Source: an uncultured Desulfobacterales bacterium (GTDB lineage Bacteria > Desulfobacterota > Desulfobacteria > Desulfobacterales > B30-G6). Taken from it: a stretch of 64,000 nucleotides of DNA. Under the pieces are notes generated by a model. It was given only the letters and a program-made list of their open reading frames with translations, searched no databases and had not been told where the DNA came from. Below are positions 28,301 to 37,117 of the stretch, piece after piece. The stretch's first letter is position 1. Each line of letters opens with the position of its first letter. The translations under genes were made by a program, and so were the position numbers. The stretch is taken from assembly GCA_964452555.1 (NCBI GenBank), contig CAYVMI010000033.1, forward strand, positions 1,553 through 65,552, in the 5' to 3' direction.

Positions 28301-28375
28301 GTTTCAAATTTTAAGAGGACTCGATTTATTCTGGTTTCAATGGATTTGACCCATTTTATTCTTAAAATCTGAAAC
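28301..28375. promoter_or_regulatory. Inverted repeat in the lexA upstream region (GTTTCAAATTTTAAGA ... TCTTAAAATCTGAAAC)
   Basis: Two 16-nt arms at 28301-28316 and 28360-28375 are complementary at 15 of 16 positions, with a 43-nt spacer. The near arm starts 23 nt upstream of the lexA ATG. Function unknown. Confidence 0.3.
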
Positions 28376-28650
28376 CCGGCGGGATTGCCGATCTTACTGC
28401 ATCTACGGCGTCAGATGTCATCCCGCATAGTTTACTATAGCGAAACAACATCTTTCTTGTACCTGCAGCAACCTCGACAATCGCTCAGATCAGAGCAACC
28501 TTTGTTTAAAAACCGACCTGAAAACCCATTTTTCCCCATCATAATCCTTCAAAATGTAAATGTCAATGTAAATATAATGTACATAAGTCGCGTTGCGGGC
28601 TTCGAGGTTCGCGTTTATGAGTTTGTTGGGCTTGTTGGGCTTATTGAGTT

Positions 28651-28730
28651 CGGGATCGCTATCGGGATCGAAATCGGGATCGGTTGCTATTTTCTCGATT
28701 CCGATAGCGCTCCCGATACCGACCCCGATC
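28651..28730. repeat. R3a: ATCGG/CCGAT-unit low-complexity element
   Basis: Its reverse complement matches 31879-31960. The central 60 nt or so are nearly identical (gctatcggaatcgagaaaatagcaaccgat...). It contains 4 GATC sites. Confidence 0.85.
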
Positions 28731-28843
28731 AGCACGCAGCGTTATAGTTTACATTAGGGTTTGAGGATTCGAGGATTTCAGGGTTCAAGTGAGGCCCAAA
28801 ACCTTTATCTAAAACAGCCTTTGGGTATCGGAGTGGGTGGTTT

Positions 28844-28946
28844 GGAATATCGAATAACGATTACATGAATTCAGAATATCGAAGTGTTGCTCACGGCAAT
28901 TGGCAAACTTCAGAATTCATTATTCGTGTTGTACAACATGGCATCC
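28844..28946. repeat. R2b: right arm of the second long inverted repeat
   Basis: See 25223-25346. The two arms enclose imuB, DUF72 and lexA. Confidence 0.85.
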
Positions 28947-28982
28947 GAACGTCATAGCTTACATTAGGGCCGACGGGTCGAA

Positions 28983-29083
28983 GGGTGAGCAATCTGCCGG
29001 TTGCCGGCTGTTAGCCGGTAGCTGTTTGCTCTTGGCCGTTAAGAGCTAAGAGCCAATAACCAAGAGCTCTATGCGCCTAACAG
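28983..29083. repeat. R1b: right arm of the 101-nt inverted repeat
   Basis: See 27544-27644. The two arms are 1338 nt apart and enclose lexA plus about 700 bp of upstream sequence. Confidence 0.9.
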
Positions 29084-29329
29084 CCTAAACCGCTAAAAGG
29101 CTTGGATTGGCGCTTAATAGTCTGAGTCCATGAATAGAGGCTATCTCAAGAATAGGATTTTGGTCCCCCTCGACATGCTCGGGACCGAAGGCAAGCTCAA
29201 GACGGTCTAATGTTTTAACCCCGGGCAATACATTAGAACTGGTTTTGAAACCAGTTCAGTTATTAGCAGTAAATTAAAGCAAAGACCCAACACCGAGATT
29301 AGTTAAAAATCGAGCTTGATGAAATGATT

Positions 29330-29469
29330 AGGCCTATCTCAAAATAAAGATAAGACACGCTGGCAAGGCGTGGAGCAGCGAGAAAGCGGAGCACACACGG
29401 AGTATGTGAGCATTATGAGCTGCTCCACAACACCGCCAGAGGGATTTAGATTAATTTGAGATAGGGTCT
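29330..29469. repeat. 140-bp nested-hairpin element
   Basis: Termini aggcctatctcaaa / tttgagatagggtct. Inner arms ctggcaaggcgtggagcagc / gctgctccacaacaccgccag. A solo terminus-like copy lies at about 29137-29155. Confidence 0.7.
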
Positions 29470-29506
29470 AAAAAAAAGGCAACCATGCTATTATAGCATG
29501 ATTGCC
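29470..29506 (-). terminator. Rho-independent terminator of hup
   Basis: On the minus strand, the stem AGGCAATCATGCTA / TAGCATGGTTGCCT is followed by T8, 24 nt downstream of the hup stop. Confidence 0.8.
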
Positions 29507-29529
29507 TCTGTCTACTTTCGGGGTATGGC

Positions 29530-29802
29530 TTAGAGATAATCGAGCAGCTTTTTGCCTGCAGAAAACTTTACGACATTTTTACCCTTGATTTTGATGACTT
29601 CGCCAGTCTGCGGGTTGCGGCCCTTGCGGGTTTTGCGATAAACTTTCTTGAATGTGCCGAATCCGACCAAGGTTACCTTGCCATTTCTTTTCTTGAGTGC
29701 CTTGGCTACATTGCCCATAAATGAATCAAGAGCTGCGCCCGCGGCGACCTTAGAAACGCCTGCATCCTTTGCCATCTGTTCAATCAGTTCTGCTTTTGTC
29801 AT
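29530..29802 (-). CDS. hup: HU-family nucleoid-associated DNA-binding protein
   Basis: 90 aa. GFGTFKKVYRKTRKGRNPQTGEVIKI arm motif. Confidence 0.93.
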   Translation of the reverse strand: MTKAELIEQMAKDAGVSKVAAGAALDSFMGNVAKALKKRNGKVTLVGFGTFKKVYRKTRKGRNPQTGEVIKIKGKNVVKFSAGKKLLDYL

Positions 29803-30211
29803 GTGCTCCCCCTTTTTTGGTTTGGTTTGGTTCTACCAGGACAACATCGTTGAAAGCGAATTACAGTAAGAAAACTAAAATGTCAAGAGGAAAAGCTTAT
29901 GAATTATGGATTTATAAGCATCATCATCTTAAAATAGCTACCGAAGCCTTTTCGCGGCATTGAGTCCGGTAAAATCTTCCGGATAGCAGCCGGGAATGAA
30001 GTCGGCAACTATTATACCGGTTCCTAAAAATAAATGCCGAACTATAAAATGATTTAAGCGGCACATATATTTGACAAACGAAATGTAAAATCTGAATATG
30101 ACAAAGCCTATGATGAGTTTTCGGGTTGCTATTGACATCAAACGTGTCATTTGACATATGGCCTCTGACAAAACCTATAAAGCCCCATATTCGCAAAAAG
30201 GGAACCACAAA

Positions 30212-31858
30212 ATGGATAAAAATAAAATTGAAGTGACACTCCAACCGGAAAATCGCCCAATTCAGGCCCGGACGGGTCAACCCCTCCTGGAAGCTATGAT
30301 TGATGCCGGTATTCTGCTGCGGGCGGATTGCGGTGGCAAGGGTAAGTGCGCCAAATGTCGTATTCAAATCTCAGATGAGAGCCGTAGCTCAGTATCCGAG
30401 CCCACGGATGCCGAGCAGCGCATATTGAAAGCTGGGGAAATTCAAAATGGCTATCGCTTTGCCTGCCAAGTTTCAGCATCGGAATCTGTCGCCGTAAGCA
30501 TACCGGAGCAGACGCTGCTAAAACCGGAAGTCGCCCAAAAGGGCCCTACCTTGATACCGGAGCTGAAGCCGGTGGCACCCAAAGACACAAGCGCGCGCTT
30601 TGGTGTTGCCGTAGACCTGGGTACCACCACCATTGCTGTCTATTTGTGTGATATCAACCGCCGCAAAGTTCTGGCATCTGTTTCCCTGCGAAATCCGCAG
30701 GTGATTTATGGTGATGATGTCATGAGCCGCATCACGGCTGTTTATCAGCATGACAATCTGCTGGCGAAGCTTCATAAATCAGCCGTACAGGCCATTGAGT
30801 GGGGTATTTATTCTTTATGTCGATCCTCACAATTACAATCGCATCAACTGGATCAGGTGGTGGTGGTTGGCAACAGTACCATGATTCATCTATTTGCCAA
30901 TGAAGATCCATCTTCTATCGGCGTCTATCCCTATGAGCCTAAGTTTAAAGATGAACGCACACTTACAGCCGCATCACTGGGATTCGGTTTTAATCCTGAC
31001 GCCGCTGTAACAACCCTGCCCTTAATTTCGGGATTTCTGGGTTCCGATATCATCGCCGCCAGTTTGGCAGCCGACCATCGCCAATGGGACAATGGAACCA
31101 TGCTGATCGATGTGGGTACCAATGGCGAAGTCATCTTGCGGCAGGATGATCAATTCACGGCCACGTCCTGCGCAACCGGTCCGGCTTTTGAAGGCGCCTC
31201 GATTCACCATGGCATGCATGCTATCTCCGGAGCCATTGACGCCGTTAAAATTGATCCACAAAACGGGCGTCCAAGCTGCTCGGTTATTCAAAAAGATCCG
31301 GCCAGATTAAAGAAACCCTCAGGAATATGCGGTTCCGGCGTCGTCAGCGCCATTGCCGAGCTTTACCGCTGTGGTATCATATTGCCGGATGGCCGCATCC
31401 TGCCTGACAATTTCCCGGATGTATTTGTACACCACGAAGATGAACCTCCGGCATATGTGCTGGTTCCGGCCGAACAGGCCCAGGCAAACCGTGCGGTTAC
31501 CTTAACCCAGGCGGACATCCGCGCAATTCAGTTAGCCAAAGGTGCACTCTATACCGGCATCAGCCTGCTGTGTCAGGAAATGGGCATTGAAAAACCCACG
31601 CGCATTCTGATTGCCGGGGCTTTTGGCAGTTATATTGATATTCAGGATGCTTTGACGATTGGTCTTTTTCCGGAGATGGATTCGGCGGAGGTAAAAGTTG
31701 TGGGCAACGCTGCCGGAGCCGGTGCAATTCTGGCGCTGTTTGATGATGCCTATCGCCAAAAAGCCCTGGCATTGTCCCGCGAAACCAAGGTGGTGGATTT
31801 AGGTGGTCATCCCAGTTTTCAGGATGTGTTTATGAACTCACTGGCATTTCCAGAGTAA
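30212..31858 (+). CDS. RACo-like corrinoid reductive activase (2Fe-2S ferredoxin domain plus ASKHA ATPase domain)
   Basis: Trimmed to MDKNK at 30212. N-terminal CGGKGKCAKC...C ferredoxin motif. ASKHA motifs DLGTTTIAVYL and DVGTNGEV. Confidence 0.75.
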   Translation: MDKNKIEVTLQPENRPIQARTGQPLLEAMIDAGILLRADCGGKGKCAKCRIQISDESRSSVSEPTDAEQRILKAGEIQNGYRFACQVSASESVAVSIPEQTLLKPEVAQKGPTLIPELKPVAPKDTSARFGVAVDLGTTTIAVYLCDINRRKVLASVSLRNPQVIYGDDVMSRITAVYQHDNLLAKLHKSAVQAIEWGIYSLCRSSQLQSHQLDQVVVVGNSTMIHLFANEDPSSIGVYPYEPKFKDERTLTAASLGFGFNPDAAVTTLPLISGFLGSDIIAASLAADHRQWDNGTMLIDVGTNGEVILRQDDQFTATSCATGPAFEGASIHHGMHAISGAIDAVKIDPQNGRPSCSVIQKDPARLKKPSGICGSGVVSAIAELYRCGIILPDGRILPDNFPDVFVHHEDEPPAYVLVPAEQAQANRAVTLTQADIRAIQLAKGALYTGISLLCQEMGIEKPTRILIAGAFGSYIDIQDALTIGLFPEMDSAEVKVVGNAAGAGAILALFDDAYRQKALALSRETKVVDLGGHPSFQDVFMNSLAFPE

Positions 31859-31878
31859 AGCCATAAGGCCGCTTGCCA

Positions 31879-31960
31879 ATCGGGGTCGGGATCGGTATCG
31901 CTATCGGAATCGAGAAAATAGCAACCGATACCGATTTCGATACCGATAGCGATCCCGAGC
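31879..31960. repeat. R3b: inverted copy of R3a
   Basis: See 28651-28730. It begins 21 nt after the RACo-like gene stop. Confidence 0.85.
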
Positions 31961-32125
31961 TCATGGACCCACCAAACACGTACCGACCCTGACTCCTGAA
32001 TCCTGACTTCTTTCTTCCTTGGCTCGCCATAGCCCTGAGCCTGCCGAAGGGGCGACGGCGGCTGACTCCTTATATAAACCACGCACCAGTAGATTATGAA
32101 ATATCAGCCCTCAGCTGCTGATAGC

Positions 32126-33715
32126 TTATGCCTTATTGCTTACAGCTATCGTTTCTCCCACCCGGGGCACCACGACATCATAACCATCAGACTGCAATAC
32201 CCGGGCAAATGCCAGTGATTGATCTTCTTCACCGTGAACCAGAGCGATCTTTTTAATGCGCAGATTGGACGATTTAAGGAAGTGACGCATTTCTTCCTTA
32301 TCGGCATGGGCGCTAAAGCCACCCAACTTTACCACCTGGGCTTGAAGCGGATATTCCTTGTTCAAAATTTTCATTATGGGCGGGGCTCCCTTGCGTCCGC
32401 TCTCCTGATAGGCAATTCCCTGATCCAAAAGTCGGCGCCCCAGGGTATTGGCGGCCATGTATCCGACAATCAGGATGGTATGTTTGGGATTGTGGATTTT
32501 GTAACGCAGGTGGTGGAGTATCCGCCCGGCTTCACACATGCCCGACGCTGAGATGACGATATGGGGTTTTTCTTCCCGATTTAAAGCCATTGATTCTTCA
32601 ACCGAGGAGACGAAGTGGATCTGATCCAGGTAGAATGGGTTTCGACCTTCCTTTAAAAAAGTATCATGGGTTTCGGTATCATATACTTCAGGATGTTCGC
32701 CAAATACGCGCGTTATTTTAGTCGCCAGCGGGCTATCCACGTAAATCGGCACCTTGGGTGTTTGGTCCTCTTTGTAGAGTTCGTGGAGCGTATATAGCAA
32801 CTCCTGGGTACGCCCGTATGCAAAAGACGGTATCAATATTGATCCGCCCCGCTCCACGGTTTCAACCAATATCTGCTTTAGGCCCGGCTTTAAATCCTTG
32901 ACAGGTTCGTGCAAACGATCGCCGTAGGTACTTTCCATGATCAACAAATCCACATCCTGATCGCCGGATTCAAAGGTATTATTCGGATCCCGGATGATTG
33001 GCTTTCCAAAGCGACCGATATCACCTGTGTAGGCAATCACGGCTTTATGCCCATTCTCCTGGACTTGCAGCATACTAAAAGCAGAACCCAATATGTGCCC
33101 GGCATCGTAAAAAGTGCAGGTGATGCCCTGTCCGGCAGGAATGGCATGTCGGTACGGATAGCCATCCATGACATCGATGGCATCCTCGGCATCTGCGATG
33201 GTATATAAGGGCTTGATCCCGGCTATATTATGCTCGGTCATCAACTGATCGATTTTGATCACATCCAATTGATGACGATTTTTCTTTAAAATCTTCTGGA
33301 TTTCACGGGCCTCTCGCTGACTGGGTTTAGGGCCATTGATTCCTTTTTTTAATTGGCCTAGATGATTTCGCAAGGTTTTATAATTTAAGTAGGCGGCATC
33401 TGATTCCTGAATGTGGGCCGCATCCAGAAGGAGGTAATTGCAGGCATCAGCTGTGGCCCGGGTACATAAGATCCGGCCGTTGAATCCCTTTTTCACCAAA
33501 ACCGGCAGCCGCCCGCTATGATCGATGTGGGCATGTGACAGCACGACGTTAGTCAGACCGGCAGGATCCAGCGGCATGACCCGATTTTTTTCAAAGGCTT
33601 CTTTACGAAGGCCTTGAAACATGCCGCAATCCATGAGAATGCGATCCTGATCAGTTGATAATAGATGCATGGAACCCGTCACTTCTCTAACCGCGCCGTA
33701 GAATGTTATTTGCAT
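32126..33715 (-). CDS. MBL-fold beta-CASP family ribonuclease-type hydrolase
   Basis: HAHIDHSG (HxHxDH) motif, beta-CASP insertion and a C-terminal RNA-specificity-like region. Trimmed to MQITFYG at 33715. Confidence 0.8.
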   Translation of the reverse strand: MQITFYGAVREVTGSMHLLSTDQDRILMDCGMFQGLRKEAFEKNRVMPLDPAGLTNVVLSHAHIDHSGRLPVLVKKGFNGRILCTRATADACNYLLLDAAHIQESDAAYLNYKTLRNHLGQLKKGINGPKPSQREAREIQKILKKNRHQLDVIKIDQLMTEHNIAGIKPLYTIADAEDAIDVMDGYPYRHAIPAGQGITCTFYDAGHILGSAFSMLQVQENGHKAVIAYTGDIGRFGKPIIRDPNNTFESGDQDVDLLIMESTYGDRLHEPVKDLKPGLKQILVETVERGGSILIPSFAYGRTQELLYTLHELYKEDQTPKVPIYVDSPLATKITRVFGEHPEVYDTETHDTFLKEGRNPFYLDQIHFVSSVEESMALNREEKPHIVISASGMCEAGRILHHLRYKIHNPKHTILIVGYMAANTLGRRLLDQGIAYQESGRKGAPPIMKILNKEYPLQAQVVKLGGFSAHADKEEMRHFLKSSNLRIKKIALVHGEEDQSLAFARVLQSDGYDVVVPRVGETIAVSNKA

Positions 33716-33830
33716 GGTGTTCCTTTCTTTTAGAGTAATGGGCACTGTATCATAGCATTATTTTCATTTTATCCGTTTCTACATAAAAGGGTTCAAGGGG
33801 CCTAGGAGCCAAGGATTCAAAAGATAGCAT

Positions 33831-33894
33831 ATTAGGTGTTTAGGCCGTTAGACTATTAGCGGCAACAGCCTAACAGTCTTCAGCCTAATAGCCT
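33831..33894. repeat. TAGGC/GCCTA word hairpin
   Basis: attaggtgtttaggccgttagactattagcggcaacagcctaacagtcttcagcctaatagcc. Its 3-prime 18-mer cagcctaatagcctgatt is identical to 62095-62112. Confidence 0.7.
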
Positions 33895-33924
33895 GATTTA
33901 TTTCTTGGACCCGTGGCCCCTCCG

Positions 33925-34794
33925 TTATGAATACGACAACAAATGCGTTCTTAGATTAGCCTTTTTATTCTTAATGCCCAGTTTTTGCCGAATGCTGTCC
34001 CGATGAGATTCAATTGTGCGCGTGGATAAAAATAGGGTTTCGGCAATTTCTTTTGTGGTTTTGCCATGCTTGACCATATTGGCAATCTGCATTTCAGCCG
34101 GGGTTAAATTTAAGTAGCGTGTGGACAAAGATTTGGCAAAGGGCGCCACGATGTCGTTCAGATTAGACGCCATGATCTCCAACAATGTTTGTTGACGGGA
34201 ATCCAATCGGCTGGCCTTTAACTTTTCCAAAAACGGCATGATCAGCTCTTTTACATTATGGATCACATGCTCTTCGAGCTCATCTTTATCTTCTTCTCGT
34301 TTTTTGAGCAAAACCTTAAGAGCCGTATTCATCTCCTCCAAGTTCTCGGACTTGATCCGCAATTCCCGGGTGCGTTCCTCGACACGCAGTTCCAACTCTT
34401 CTTTAGCTTCTTTAAGTTTTTGCTGCATGATATTCTTGTGCAAGGCTATTTCGATGGCGGCCAGTAGTTGGCGTTCCTGTAACGGTTTTAGTACGTAAGC
34501 GTAGGGTCCAATGGGCTTGGCCCTTTGAATCATTTCTTCATCGGCATAAGCTGTCAGAAAAATGACCGGCAGATGCAGGGCATCATTGATTTTGGCCGCC
34601 GCCGATATGCCATCCAACTTGCCCGGCATCACAATATCCATCAACATGAGGTCCGGTTTGAGGTCTAAGGCCATTTCAACAGCGTCTTCACCCGAAGGGG
34701 CGATTCCCACCACATCATAACCGTTGGATCTCAGACATTCTTCGATTTGAGAGGCGATGATGATCTCGTCGTCGGCAATAACAATTCGCTGCAT
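33925..34794 (-). CDS. Response regulator with REC, a long coiled coil and a LuxR-type HTH
   Basis: REC (IVIADDE...LMDIVMPGKLDG), a charged coiled coil of about 70 aa, and a C-terminal LuxR HTH (TTKEIAETLFLSTRTIESHRDSIRQKLG). Confidence 0.85.
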   Translation of the reverse strand: MQRIVIADDEIIIASQIEECLRSNGYDVVGIAPSGEDAVEMALDLKPDLMLMDIVMPGKLDGISAAAKINDALHLPVIFLTAYADEEMIQRAKPIGPYAYVLKPLQERQLLAAIEIALHKNIMQQKLKEAKEELELRVEERTRELRIKSENLEEMNTALKVLLKKREEDKDELEEHVIHNVKELIMPFLEKLKASRLDSRQQTLLEIMASNLNDIVAPFAKSLSTRYLNLTPAEMQIANMVKHGKTTKEIAETLFLSTRTIESHRDSIRQKLGIKNKKANLRTHLLSYS

Positions 34795-34945
34795 GGCTAC
34801 ACTCTCCTTGTAGGTAGAAAGTCGATACTTAAAAACTACTTATAATAAATCCATAATTCTCGAAAACCTACGTCCTTTTTATACATTCAGGAGCAATTTT
34901 GATAGTTTGTTCTACGGAAAGACAATGTAAAAGGAAATAATCAAT

Positions 34946-35097
34946 CAACATTGAACATCGGACTTTCAACATCCAACATCGATTGTGGAATCGCTCGCAC
35001 AGTGCCGGCGCTTACGCCACGTGTCGCTCTTACCTTTTAAGGAGGGTAACAATCCTTAATCGATGTTCAGTGTTCGATGTTGGATGTTGGATGTTCA
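34946..35097. repeat. Heptamer-armed element with a GC-rich core, copy A
   Basis: Arms at 34946-34982 and 35060-35097. The core at 34983-35059 matches the core of 38776-38915 in reverse complement. Confidence 0.8.
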
Positions 35098-35206
35098 CTT
35101 TTTGATCCATACCAATACAGCCATAAGAATACGCTTATATCGGAAAAACCAGTTTCAAGGAAAAACCTTTGGGAATATTTTGCCCCATTTTCAATCCGGA
35201 ATTGAT

Positions 35207-35806
35207 TCAAGCCTGCTGAATCGTCCAGCGGCTTTCAAGCCGATTTTGAACAACCGAGGCAATATGCCCATCAAAATATATGTGTTCAATTAAATAGGGT
35301 TTGCCCCGGCACACAACTTCGAGGTGGTATTGATCGTTAAGACGCTTGACTGTGCACCGGGAAAGGCCGGCCATTCCCAGGCCTTCTGCTTTTAAGACAG
35401 CTTCTTTGGCTGTCCAATAGCGAAAGAATAGTTTTTCCGATCTTTCAGCTTCAAGTTGCCATTCAGCGTCTGTTGCAATCCGATTGAACATGGCATTCGA
35501 GATGGGCTTAATTTTTTCAACGTCGATTCCGGTCGGCTGCAATGAAATGATGGCACCCACATACTTGGGCTTATGGGTCAATGACCAATGAAGATTGTCA
35601 AATGGCTGCGGGACGCCCCTATCGTCCTTAGCCAACGCTCCCAGCTGTATCTGACTTTTTTTAGCACAAATCTCAAGCGCCTGACGCGCCAGCATGCTCA
35701 ACATCTTGACACCTTGTCTGCCGGTCAGCGACCGATATCGGTGTGGCACGGCTAGGATAACCGGATGGATGCGATCAATGAGATCCGCCATGGCGTTAGG
35801 GTTCAT
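35207..35806 (-). CDS. Sfp-type 4-prime-phosphopantetheinyl transferase
   Basis: Motifs GIDVEKI and WTAKEAVLKAEG. Confidence 0.8.
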   Translation of the reverse strand: MNPNAMADLIDRIHPVILAVPHRYRSLTGRQGVKMLSMLARQALEICAKKSQIQLGALAKDDRGVPQPFDNLHWSLTHKPKYVGAIISLQPTGIDVEKIKPISNAMFNRIATDAEWQLEAERSEKLFFRYWTAKEAVLKAEGLGMAGLSRCTVKRLNDQYHLEVVCRGKPYLIEHIYFDGHIASVVQNRLESRWTIQQA

Positions 35807-35810
35807 TTTA

Positions 35811-36716
35811 TTAATTTGAAACGTTCGATTTCGGTTTTAATTTCAATGCCTCGGCATAGACCTGTTTTTTCATCAGGCCATGCCTGGCAGCAATGCGCTT
35901 GGACATATCGGAAAGGCTGGCATCGCCGGTCCGAAATTCCTGCAGAATATCCTTACGGACGGCATCCATATTCGGATCGTCCGAACCGCTGAAACCATGC
36001 ACCACCAACGTACACTCTCCCTTGATTTCCGCGCGGCTGTTAAGCTCCGCCAATATGTCCGTCAGGCTTCCCCTGATAAATTCTTCGTGTCTTTTGGTCA
36101 TCTCGCGAGAAAGCACAGCGTCGCGTTCCCCCAATGTTTGGATTAAGCTGCTGAGCAAAGCTGAAATCCGTCTGGGCGACTCATAAAAAATGAGCGTTTT
36201 GCGTTCCTGCTGCAGGGTTGTCAGTATTTTTTTTACCTTGCCCGCCTTGCGAGGCAAAAAACCGATAAAAATATAAGCATCGGTGGGTAGTCCGGATGCA
36301 CTTAACGAAGCGAGCGCCGCTGAAGCACCCGGTATGGGCACGACGCGAATATGAGCCGCTGCCGCCGCTTTTACCAAACGATAACCAGGATCTGAAAGCG
36401 TCGGTGTACCGGCATTGGAAACAAGCGCAACGGCATCTCCGGACTGCAGTCGCTCAATCAACTCCGGTGTTCGTTGGGATTCATTGTGCTCGTGCAACGA
36501 TTTCATTTGGTTCTTGATAGAATAGTGGTTCAGCAGTCGCTGGGTGTGCCGGGTATCTTCAGCAGCAATCAAGTCAACCTTTTTTAGGGTCTCAATGGCA
36601 CGCAAAGTGATATCGGCCAAATTGCCGATGGGTGTTGCGACCACATAAAGCGATCCACCCGTGTGCCGCTCACCCTGTATGGGGGTATTGTCTGAATCCA
36701 TTGTAGTAAACCTCAA
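35811..36716 (-). CDS. rsmI: 16S rRNA (cytidine1402-2-prime-O)-methyltransferase RsmI
   Basis: N-terminal LYVVATPIGNLADITLRAIETLKKVDLIAAEDTRHT, typical of the tetrapyrrole-methylase-fold RsmI. Confidence 0.88.
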   Translation of the reverse strand: MRFTTMDSDNTPIQGERHTGGSLYVVATPIGNLADITLRAIETLKKVDLIAAEDTRHTQRLLNHYSIKNQMKSLHEHNESQRTPELIERLQSGDAVALVSNAGTPTLSDPGYRLVKAAAAAHIRVVPIPGASAALASLSASGLPTDAYIFIGFLPRKAGKVKKILTTLQQERKTLIFYESPRRISALLSSLIQTLGERDAVLSREMTKRHEEFIRGSLTDILAELNSRAEIKGECTLVVHGFSGSDDPNMDAVRKDILQEFRTGDASLSDMSKRIAARHGLMKKQVYAEALKLKPKSNVSN

Positions 36717-37117
36717 CGTTGCAGCAATGAGGTAAAGTATTTCAGGAAGTTATATACGCTTCGAGTCCATCCGAACCGAATGGCCGATTTTAGAATGTTT
36801 ACCATTTTCGGATTAAAGGGGTCAACAATTAGCGAATTAGGGATTTAGACTTTTAGACTATTAGCAGCTAACTGTCTAAACGCTTTACAAACAACAGCCA
36901 TTAACAATAAGTGATTGATACCTAATTGCTTGCGGCTGATTGCTCAATGCTAATACAGGATTTATATTGATATTTTTAGCAAATTTTCCTACTTAGAAGG
37001 TACTTTCCAGGCACATGGCACCTAAGCAATGCCCAACCACTGGCAAGCAGACGGAGACCCAAGGGGATCCCCACGAGGTATATATACCTGGAAAGTCATC
37101 AAATTAAGGAGGCAGAT

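Noticed and set aside
28385-28747. A 120-aa ORF, its antisense partner (28490-28735), and ORFs at 31819-32082 and 31830-32030 containing GIAIGIEIGIG and DSDSD peptides.
   Set aside because: The repetitive peptides are simply translations of the R3 ATCGG/CCGAT repeat. The same pseudo-peptide arises at both inverted copies, and there is no RBS or surrounding coding signal.
37016-37032. tggcacctaagcaatgc upstream of the 506-aa lipoprotein gene, as a possible sigma54 -24/-12 promoter.
   Set aside because: The GG-to-GC spacing is 9 or 14 nt instead of the required 12, and there is no TTGC element at the right distance.
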